Assembly: GCA_964016885.1 (NCBI GenBank)
Contig: OZ024743.1
Span: 333,064,001-333,128,000 of the forward strand
Source of the DNA: Eledone cirrhosa
Lineage: Eukaryota
Length of the DNA: 64,000 bases
Reading direction: 5' to 3'
Shown here: piece after piece, positions 49,201 through 61,200 of the stretch
How the letters are laid out: each line of letters opens with the position of its first letter
Numbering within the stretch: position 1 is the first letter of the stretch
Notes under the pieces: model-generated
What the model was told of the DNA's origin: nothing
The model's database searches: none
What the model saw: the letters and a program-made list of their open reading frames with translations, nothing else
Position numbers and translations under genes: made by a program

Positions 49201-52200
49201 ATCCTTTAAAACCTCCATGGAACAAACTACCTGCATCAGTTGTTAGCTGTCGAGACACTGCATCCTTTAAAACCTCCATGGATCAAACTACCTGCAACAG
49301 TTGCTAGCTGTCGAGACACTGCATCCGTTAAAACCTCCATGGAACAAACTACCTACATCAGTTGTTAGCTGTCGAGACACTGCATCCTTTAAAACCTCCA
49401 TGGAACAAACTACCTACATCAGTTGTTAGCTGTTGAGACACTGCTTCCTTTAAAACCTCCATGGAACAAACTACCTACATCAGTTGTTAGCTGTCGAGAC
49501 ACTGCTTCCTTTAAAACCTCCATGGAACAAACTACATACATCAGATGTTAGCTGTTGAGACACTGCTTCCTTTAAAACCTCCATGGAACAAACTACCTGC
49601 ATCAGTTGTTAGCTGTCGAGACACTGCATCCTTTAAAACCTCCATGGAACAAACTACCTGCATCAGTTGTTAGCTGTCGAGACACTGCATCCTTTAAAAC
49701 CTCCATGGAACAAACTACCTGCATCAGTTGTTAGCTGTCGAGACACTGCATCCTTTAAAACCTCCATGGAACAAACTACCTGCATCAGTTGTTAGCTGTT
49801 GAGACACTGCTTCCTTTAAAACCTCCATGGAACAAACTACCTGCATCAGTTGTTAGCTGTCGAGACACTGCATCCTTAAAAACCTCCATGGAACAAACTA
49901 CCTGCATCAGTTGTTAGCTGTCGAGACACTGCATCCTTTAAAACCTCCATGGAACAAACTACCTGCATCAGTTGTTAGCTGTCGAGACACTGCATCCTTT
50001 AAAACCTCCATGGATCAAACTACCTGCAACAGTTGCTAGCTGTCGAGACACTGCATCCGTTAAAACCTCCATGGAACAAACTACCTACATCAGTTGTTAG
50101 CTGTCGAGACACTGCATCCTTTAAAACCTCCATGGAACAAACTACCTACATCAGTTGTTAGCTGTTGAGACACTGCTTCCTTTAAAACCTCCATGGAACA
50201 AACTACCTACATCAGTTGTTAGCTGTTGAGACACTGCTTCCTTTAAAACCTCCATGGAACAAACTACCTGCATCAGTTGTTAGCTGTCGAGACACTGCAT
50301 CCTTTAAAACCTCCATGGAACAAACTACCTGCATCAGTTGTTAGCTGTCGAGACACTGCATCCTTTAAAACCTCCATGGAACAAACTACCTGCATCAGTT
50401 GTTAGCTGTCGAGACACTGCATCCTTTTAAACCTCCATGGAACAAACTACCTGCATCAGTAGTTAGCTGTCGAGACACTGCATCCTTTAAAACCTCCATG
50501 GAACAAACTACCTGCATCAGTAGTTAGCTGTCGAGACACTGCATCCTTTAAAACCTCCATGGAACAAACTGCCTGATTCAGTTGTTAGCTGTCGAGACAC
50601 TGCATCCTTTAAAACCTCCATGGAACAAACTACCTACATCAGTTGTTAGATGTCGAGACACTGCATCCTTTAAAACCTCCATGGATCAAACTACCTGCAA
50701 CAGTTGCTAGTTGTCGAGACACTGCATCCTTTAAAACCTCCATGGAACAAACTACCTGCATCAGTTGCTAGCTGTCGAGACACTGCATCCTTTAAAACCT
50801 CCATGGAACAAACTACCTACATCAGTTGGTAGCTGTCGAGACACTGCATCCTTTAAAACCTCCATGGAACAAACTACCTACATCAGTTGTTAGCTGTCGA
50901 GACACTGCTTCCTTTAAAACCTCCATGGAACAAACTACCTGCATGAGTTGTTAGCTGTCGAGACACTGCATCCTTTAAAACCTCCATAGAATAAATTACC
51001 TGCATCAGTTGTTAGCTGTCGAGACACTGTATCCTTTAAAACCTCCATGGAACAAACTACCTGCATCAGTTGTTAGTTGTCCGGACACTGCATCCTTTAA
51101 AACCTCCATGGAACAAACTCCCTGCATCAGTTGTTAGCTGTCGAGACACTGCATCCTTTAAAACCTCCATGGAACAAACTACCTGCATCAGTTGTTAGTT
51201 GTCCGGACACTGCATCCTTTAAAACCTCCATGGAACAAACTACCTGCATCAGTTGTTAGCTGTCGAGACACTGCATCTTTTAAAACCTCCATGGAACAAA
51301 CTACCTGCATCAGCTGTTAGCTATCGAGACACTGCATCCTTTAAAACCTCCATAGAACATACTACCTGCATCAGTTGTTAGCTGTCAGGACACTACACCC
51401 TTTAAAACCTCCATGGAACAAACTACCTGCATCAGTTGTTAGCTGTCAGGACACTGCATCCTTTAAAACCTCCATGGAACAAACTACCTGCATCAGTTGT
51501 TAGCTGTCGAGACACTGCATCCTTTAAAACCTCCATGGAACAAACTACCTGCATCAGTTGTTAGCTGTCGAGACACTGCATCCTTTAAAACCTCCATGGA
51601 ACAAACTACCTGCATCAGTTGTTAGCTGTCGAAACACTGCATCCTTTAAAACCTCCATGGAACAAACTACCTGAATCAGTTGTTAGCTGTCGAGACACTG
51701 CATCCTTTAAAACCTCCATGGAACAAACTACCTGCATCAGTTGTTAGCTGTCGAGACACTGCATCCTTTAAAACCTCCATGGAACAAACTACCTACATCA
51801 GTAGTTAGCTGTCGAGACACTGCATCCTTTAAAACCTCCATGGAACAAACTGCCTGTATCAGTTGTTAGCTGTCGAGACACTGCATCCTTTAAAACCTCC
51901 ATGGAACAAACTACCTACATCAGTTGTTAGCTGTCGAGACACTGCATCCTTTAAAACCTCCATGGAACAAACTACCTGCATCAGTTTTTAGCTGTCGAGA
52001 CACTGCATCCTTTAAAACCTCCATGGAACAAACTACCTGCATCAGTTGTTAGCTGTCGAGACACTGCATCCTTTAAAACCTCCATGGAACAAACTACCTG
52101 CATCAGTTGTTAGCTGTCGAGACACTGCATCCTTTAAAACCTCCATGGAACAAACTACCTGCATCAGTTGTTAGCTGTCGAGACACTGCATCCTTTAAAA

Positions 52201-55200
52201 CCTCCATGGAACAAACTACCTGCATCAGTTGTTAGCTGTCGAAACACTGCATCCTTTAAAACCTCCATGGAACAAACTACCTGAATCAGTTGTTAGCTGT
52301 CGAGACACTGCATCCTTTAAAACCTCCATGGAACAAACTACCTGCATCTGTTGTTAGCTGTCGAGACACTGCATCCTTTAAAACCTCCATGGAACAAACT
52401 ACCTACATCAGTAGTTAGCTGTCGAGACACTGCATCCTTTAAAACCTCCATGGAACAAACTGCCTGTATCAGTTGTTAGCTGTCGAGACACTGCATCCTT
52501 TAAAACCTCCATGGAACAAACTACCTACATCAGTTGTTAGCTGTCGAGACACTGCATCCTTTAAAACCTCCATGGAACAAACTACCTGCATCAGTTGTTA
52601 GCTGTCGAGACACTGCATCCTTTAAAACCTCCATGGAACAAACTACCTGCATCAGTTGTTAGCTGTCGAGACACTGCATCCTTTAAAACCTCCATGGAAC
52701 AAACTACCTGCATCAGTTGTTAGCTGTCGAGACACTGCATCCTTTAAAACCTCCATGGATCAAACTACCTGCAACAGTTCCTAGCTTTCGAGACACTGCA
52801 TCCTTTAAAACCTCCATGGAACAAACTACCTACATCAGTTGTTAGCTGTCGAGACACTGCATCCTTTAAAACCTCCATGGAACAAACTACCTACATCAGT
52901 TGTTAGCTGTCGAGACACTGCATCCTTTAAAACCTCCATGGAACAAACTACCTACATCAGTTGTTAGCTGTCGAGACACTGCTTCCTTTAAAACCTCCAT
53001 GGAACAAACTACCTGCATCAGTTGTTAGCTGTCGAGACACTGCATCCTTTAAAACCTCCATGGAACAAACTACCTGAATCAGTTGTTAGCTGTCGAGACA
53101 CTGCATCCTTTAAAACCTCCATGGAACAAACTACCTTCATCAGTTGTTAGCTGTCGAGACACTGCATCCTTTAAAACCTCCATGGAACAAACTACCTGCA
53201 TCAGTTGTTAGCTGTCGAGACACTGCATCCTTTAAAACCTCCATGGAACAAACTACCTGCATCAGTTGTTAGCTGTCGAGACACTGCATCCTTTAAAACC
53301 TCCATGGAACAAACTACCTACATCAGTAGTTAGCTGTCGAGACACTGCATCCTTTAAAACCTCCATGGAACAAACTGCCTGTATCAGTTGTTAGCTGTCG
53401 AGACACTGCATCCTTTAAAACCTCCATGGAACAAACTACCTACATCAGTTGTTAGCTGTCGAGACACTGCATCCTTTAAAACCTCCATGGAACAAACTGC
53501 CTGTATCAGTTGTTAGCTGTCGAGACACTGCTTCCTTTAAAACCTCCATGGAACAAACTACCTGCATCAGTTGTTAGCTGTCGAGACACTGCATCCTTTA
53601 AAACCTCCATGGAACAAACTACCTGCATCAGTTGTTAGCTGTCGAGACACTGCATCCTTTAAAACCTCCATGGAACAAACTACCTGCATCAGTTGTTAGC
53701 TGTCGAGACACTGCATCCTTTAAAACCTCCATGGAACAAACTACCTGCATCAGTTGTTAGCTGTCGAAACACTGCATCCTTTAAAACCTCCATGGAACAA
53801 ACTACCTGAATCAGTTGTTAGCTGTCGAGACACTGCATCCTTTAAAACCTCCATGGAACAAACTACCTGCATCAGTTGTTAGCTGTCGAGACACTGCATC
53901 CTTTAAAACCTCCATGGAACAAACTACCTACATCAGTAGTTAGCTGTCGAGACACTGCATCCTTTAAAACCTCCATGGAACAAACTACCTGCATCAGTTG
54001 TTAGCTGTCGAGACACTGCATCCTTTAAAACCTCCATGGAACAAACTACCTGCATCAGTTGTTAGCTGTCAAGACACTGCATCCTTTAAAACCTCCATGG
54101 AACAAACTACCTGCATCAGTTGTTAGTTGTCCGGACACTGCATCCTTTAAAACCTCCATGGAACAAACTGCCTGTATCAGTTGTTAGCTGTCGAGACACT
54201 GCATCCTTTAAAACCTCCATGGAACAAACTACCTACATCAGTTGTTAGCTGTCGAGACACTGCATCCTTTAAAACCTCCATGGAACAAACTGCCTGTATC
54301 AGTTGTTAGCTGTCGAGACACTGCTTCCTTTAAAACCTCCATGGAACAAACTACCTGCATCAGTTGTTAGCTGTCGAGACACTGCATCCTTTAAAACCTC
54401 CATGGAACAAACTACCTGCATCAGTTGTTAGCTGTCGAGACACTGCATCCTTTAAAACCTCCATGGAACAAACTACCTGCATCAGTTGTTAGCTGTCGAG
54501 ACACTGCATCCTTTAAAACCTCCATGGAACAAACTACCTGCATCAGTTGTTAGCTGTCGAAACACTGCATCCTTTAAAACCTCCATGGAACAAACTACCT
54601 GAATCAGTTGTTAGCTGTCGAGACACTGCATCCTTTAAAACCTCCATGGAACAAACTACCTGCATCAGTTGTTAGCTGTCGAGACACTGCATCCTTTAAA
54701 ACCTCCATGGAACAAACTACCTACATCAGTAGTTAGCTGTCGAGACACTGCATCCTTTAAAACCTCCATGGAACAAACTACCTGCATCAGTTGTTAGCTG
54801 TCGAGACACTGCATCCTTTAAAACCTCCATGGAACAAACTACCTGCATCAGTTGTTAGCTGTCAAGACACTGCATCCTTTAAAACCTCCATGGAACAAAC
54901 TACCTGCATCAGTTGTTAGTTGTCCGGACACTGCATCCTTTAAAACCTCCATGGAACAAACTCCCTGCATCAGTTGTTAGCTGTCGAGACACTGCATCCT
55001 TTAAAACCTCCATGGAACAAACTACCTGCATCAGTTGTTAGTTGTCCGGACACTGCATCCTTTAAAACCTCCATGGAACAAACTACCTGCATCAGTTGTT
55101 AGCTGTCGAGACACTGCATCTTTTAAAACCTCCATGGAACAAACTACCTGCATCAGCTGTTAGCTATCGAGACACTGCATCCTTTAAAACCTCCATAGAA

Positions 55201-58200
55201 CATACTACCTGCATCAGTTGTTAGCTGTCAGGACACTACATCCTTTAAAACCTCCATGGAACAAACTACCTGCATCAGTTGTTAGCTGTCAGGACACTGC
55301 ATCCTTCAAAACCTCCATGGAACAAACTACCTGCATCAGTTGTTAGCTGTCGAGACACTGCATCCTTTAAAACCTCCATGGAACAAACTACCTGCATCAG
55401 TTGTTAGCTGTCGAGACACTGCATCCTTTAAAACCTCCATGGAACAAACTACCTGCATCAGTTGTTAGCTGTCGAAACACTGCATCCTTTAAAACCTCCA
55501 TGGAACAAACTACCTGAATCAGTTGTTAGCTGTCGAGACACTGCATCCTTTAAAACCTCCATGGAACAAACTACCTGCATCAGTTGTTAGCTGTCGAGAC
55601 ACTGCATCCTTTAAAACCTCCATGGAACAAACTACCTACATCAGTAGTTAGCTGTCGAGACACTGCATCCTTTAAAACCTCCATGGAACAAACTGCCTGT
55701 ATCAGTTGTTAGCTGTCGAGACACTGCATCCTTTAAAACCTCCATGGAACAAACTACCTACATCAGTTGTTAGCTGTCGAGACACTGCATCCTTTAAAAC
55801 CTCCATGGAACAAACTACCTGCATCAGTTGTTAGCTGTCGAGACACTGCATCCTTTAAAACCTCCATGGAACAAACTACCTGCATCAGTTGTTAGCTGTC
55901 GAGACACTGCATCCTTTAAAACCTCCATGGAACAAACTACCTGCATCAGTTGTTAGCTGTCGAGACACTGCATCCTTTAAAACTTCCATGGAACAAACTA
56001 CCTGCATCAGTTGTTAGCTGTCGAGACACTGCATCCTTTAAAACCTCCATGGAACAAACTACCTGCATCAGTTGTTAGCTGTCGAAACACTGCATCCTTT
56101 AAAACCTCCATGGAACAAACTACCTGAATCAGTTGTTAGCTGTCGAGACACTGCATCCTTTAAAACCTCCATGGAACAAACTACCTGCATCAGTTGTTAG
56201 CTGTCGAGACACTGCATCCTTTAAAACCTCCATGGAACAAACTACCTACATCAGTAGTTAGCTGTCGAGACACTGCATCCTTTAAAACCTCCATGGAACA
56301 AACTGCCTGTATCAGTTGTTAGCTGTCGAGATACTGCATCCTTTAAAACCTCCATGGAACAAACTACCTACATCAGTTGTTAGCTGTCGAGACACTGCAT
56401 CCTTTAAAACCTCCATGGAACAAACTACCTGCATCAGTTGTTAGCTGTCGAGACACTGCATCCTTTAAAACCTCCATGGAACAAACTACCTGCATCAGTT
56501 GTTAGCTGTCGAGACACTGCATCCTTTAAAACCTCCATGGAACAAACTACCTGCATCAGTTGTTAGCTGTCGAGACACTGCATCCTTTAAAACCTCCATG
56601 GAACAAACTACCTTCATCAGTTGTTAGCTGTCGAGACACTGCATCCTTTAAAACCTCCATGGAACAAACTACCTGCATCAGTTGTTAGCTGTCGAGACAC
56701 TGCATCCTTTAAAACCTCCATGGAACAAACTACCTGCATCAGTAGTTAGCTGTCGAGACACTGCATCCTTTAAAACCTCCATGGAACAAACTACCTACAT
56801 CAGTAGTTAGCTGTCGAGACACTGCATCCTTTAAAACCTCCATGGAACAAACTGCCTGTATCAGTTGTTAGCTGTCGAGACACTGCATCCTTTAAAACCT
56901 CCATGGAACAAACTACCTACATCAGTTGTTAGCTGTCGAGACACTGCATCCTTTAAAACCTCCATGGAACAAACTACCTGCATCAGTTGTTAGCTGTCGA
57001 GACACTGCATCCTTTAAAACCTCCATGGAACAAACTACCTGCATCAGTTGTTAGCTGTTGAGACACTGCATTCTTTAAAACCTCCATGGAACAAACTACC
57101 TGCATCAGTTGTTAGCTGTCGAGACACTGCATCCTTTAAAACCTCCATGGAACAAACTACCTGCATCAGTTGTTAGCTGTCGAGACACTGCATCCTTTAA
57201 AACCTCCATGGAACAAACTACCTGCATCAGTTGTTAGCTGTCGAAACACTGCATCCTTTAAAACCTCCATGGAACAAACTACCTGAATCAGTTGTTAGCT
57301 GTCAAGACACTGCATCCTTTAAAACCTCCATGGAACAAACTACCTGCATCAGTTGTTAGCTGTCGAGACACTGCATCCTTTAAAACCTCCATGGAACAAA
57401 CTACCTACATCAGTAGTTAGCTGTCGAGACACTGCATCCTTTAAAACCTCCATGGAACAAACTGCCTGTATCAGTTGTTAGCTGTCGAGACACTGCATCC
57501 TTTAAAACCTCCATGGAACAAACTACCTACATCAGTTGTTAGCTGTCGAGACACTGCATCCTTTAAAACCTCCATGGAACAAACTACCTGCATCAGTTGT
57601 TAGCTGTCGAGACACTGCATCCTTTAAAACCTCCATGGAACAAACTACCTGCATCAGTTGTTAGCTGTCGAGACACTGCATCCTTTAAAACCTCCATGGA
57701 ACAAACTACCTGCATCAGTTGTTAGCTGTCGAGACACTGCATCCTTTAAAACCTCCATGGATCAAACTACCTGCAACAGTTGCTAGCTATCGAGACACTG
57801 CATCCTTTAAAACCTCCATGGAACAAACTACCTACATCAGTTGTTAGCTGTCGAGACACTGCATCCTTTAAAACCTCCATGGAACAAACTACCTACATCA
57901 GTTGTTAGCTGTCGAGACACTGCATCCTTTAAAACCTCCATGGAACAAACTACCTACATCAGTTGTTAGCTGTCGAGACACTGCTTCCTTTAAAACCTCC
58001 ATGGAACAAACTACCTGCATCAGTTGTTAGCTGTCGAGACACTGCATCCTTTAAAACCTCCATGGAACAAACTACCTGAATCAGTTGTTAGCTGTCGAGA
58101 CACTGCATCCTTTAAAACCTCCATGGAACAAACTACCTTCATCAGTTGTTAGCTGTCGAGACACTGCATCCTTTAAAACCTCCATGGAACAAACTACCTG

Positions 58201-61200
58201 CATCAGTTGTTAGCTGTCGAGACACTGCATCCTTTAAAACCTCCATGGAACAAACTACCTGCATCAGTTGTTAGCTGTCGAGACACTGCATCCTTTAAAA
58301 CCTCCATGGATCAAACTACCTGCAACAGTTGCTAGCTGTCGAGACACTGCATCCGTTAAAACCTCCATGGAACAAACTACCTACATCAGTTGTTAGCTGT
58401 CGAGACACTGCATCCTTTAAAACCTCCATGGAACAAACTACCTACATCAGTTGTTAGCTGTTGAAACACTGCTTCCTTTAAAACCTCCATGGAACAAACT
58501 ACCTACATCAGTTGTTAGCTGTTGAGACACTGCTTCCTTTAAAACCGCCATGGAACAAACTACCTGCATCAGTAGTTAGCTGTCGAGACACTGCATCCTT
58601 TAAAACCTCCATGGAACAAACTGCCTGATTCAGTTGTTAGCTGTCGAGACACTGCATCCTTTAAAACCTCCATGGAACAAACTACCTACATCAGTTGTTA
58701 GCTGTCGAGACACTGCATCCTTTAAAACCTCCATGGAACAAACTACCTGCATCAGTTGTTAGCTGTCGAGACACTGCATCCTTTAAAACCTCCATGGAAC
58801 AAACTACCTGCATCAGTTGTTAGCTGTCGAGACACTGCATCCTTTAAAACCTCCATGGAACAAACTACCTGCATCAGTTGTTAGCTGTCGAGACACTGCA
58901 TCCTTTAAAACCTCCATGGAACAAACTACCTGCATCAGTTGTTAGCTGTCGAAACACTGCATCCTTTAAAACCTCCATGGAACAAACTACCTGAATCAGT
59001 TGTTAGCTGTCGAGACACTGCATCCTTTAAAACCTCCATGGAACAAACTACCTGCATCAGTTGTTAGCTGTTGAGACACTGCATCCTTTAAAACCTCCAT
59101 GGAACAAACTACCTACATCAGTAGTTAGCTGTCGAGACACTGCATCCTTTAAAACCTCCATGGAACAAACTGCCTGTATCAGTTGTTAGCTGTCGAGACA
59201 CTGCATCCTTTAAAACCTCCATCGAACAAACTACCTACATCAGTTGTTAGCTGTCGAGACACTGCATCCTTTAAAACCTCCATGGAACAAACTACCTGCA
59301 TCAGTTGTTAGCTGTCGAGACACTGCATCCTTTAAAACCTCCATGGAACAAACTACCTGCATCTGTTGTTAGCTGTCGAGACACTGCATCCTTTAAAACC
59401 TTCATGGAACAAACTACCTGCATCAGTTGTTAGCTGTCGAGACAATGCATCCTTTAAAACCTCCATGGATCAAACTACCTGCAACAGTTGCTAGCCATCG
59501 AGACACTGCATCCTTTAAAACCTCCATGGAACAAACTACCTACATCAGTTGTTAGCTGTCGAGACACTGCATCCTTTAAAACCTCCATGGAACAAACTAC
59601 CTACATCAGTTGTTAGCTGTCGAGACACTGCATCCTTTAAAACCTCCATGGAACAAACTACCTACATCAGTTGTTAGCTGTTGAGACACTGCTTCCTTTA
59701 AAACCTCCATGGAACAAACTACCTGCATCAGTTGTTAGCTGTCGAGACACTGCATCCTTTAAAACCTACATGGAACAAACTACCTGAATCAGTTGTTAGC
59801 TGTCGAGACACTGCTTCCTTTAAAACCTCCATGGAAAAAACTACCTGCATCAGTTGTTAGCTGTCGAGACACTACATCCTTTAAAACCTCCATGGAACAA
59901 ACTACCTGCATCAGTTGTTAGCTGTCGAGACACTGCATCCTTTAAAACCTCCATGGAACAAACTTCCTGCATCAGTTGTTAGCTGTTGAGACACTGCATC
60001 CTTTAAAACCTCCATGGAACAAACTACCTACATCAGTTGTTAGCTGTTGAGACACTGCTTCCTTTAAAACCTCCATGGAACAAACTACCTGCATCAGTTG
60101 TTAGCTGTCGAGACACTGCATCCTTTAAAACCTCCATGGAACAAACTACCTGAATCAGTTGTTAGCTGTCGAGACACTGCTTCCTTTAAAACCTCCATGG
60201 AACAAACTACCTGCATCAGTTGTTAGCTGTCGAGACACTACATCCTTTAAAACCTCCATGGAACAAACTACCTACATCAGTAGTTAGCTGTCGAGACACT
60301 GCATCCTTTAAAACCTCCATGGAACAAACTGCCTGTATCAGTTGTTAGCTGTCGAGACACTGCATCCTTTAAAACCTCCATGGAACAAACTACCTACATC
60401 AGTTGTTAGCTGTCGAGACACTGCATCCTTTAAAACCTCCATGGAACAAACTACCTGCATCAGTTGTTAGCTGTCGAGACACTGCATCCTTTAAAACCTC
60501 CATGGAACAAACTACCTGCATCAGTTGTTAGCTGTCGAGACACTGCATCCTTTAAAACCTCCATGGATCAAACTACCTGCAACAGTTGCTAGCTATCGAG
60601 ACACTGCATCCTTTAAAATCTCCATGGAACAAACTACCTACATCAGTTGTTAGCTGTCGAGACACTGCATCCTTTAAAACCTCCATGGAACAAACTACCT
60701 ACATCAGTTGTTAGCTGTCGAGACACTGCATCCTTTAAAACCTCCATGGAACAAACTACCTACATCAGTTGTTAGCTGTCGAGACACTGCTTCCTTTAAA
60801 ACCTCCATGGAACAAACTACCTGCATCAGTTGTTAGCTGTCGAGACACTGCATCCTTTAAAACCTCCATGGAACAAACTACCTGAATCAGTTGTTAGCTG
60901 TCGAGACACTGCATCCTTTAAAACCTCCATGGAACAAACTACCTTCATCAGTTGTTAGCTGTCGAGACACTGCATCCTTTAAAACCTCCATGGAACAAAC
61001 TACCTGCATCAGTTGTTAGCTGTCGAGACACTGCATCCTTTAAAACCTCCATGGAACAAACTACCTGCATCAGTTGTTAGCTGTCGAGACACTGCATCCT
61101 TTAAAACCTCCATGGATCAAACTACCTGCAACAGTTGCTAGCTGTCGAGACACTGCATCCGTTAAAACCTCCATGGAACAAACTACCTACATCAGTTGTT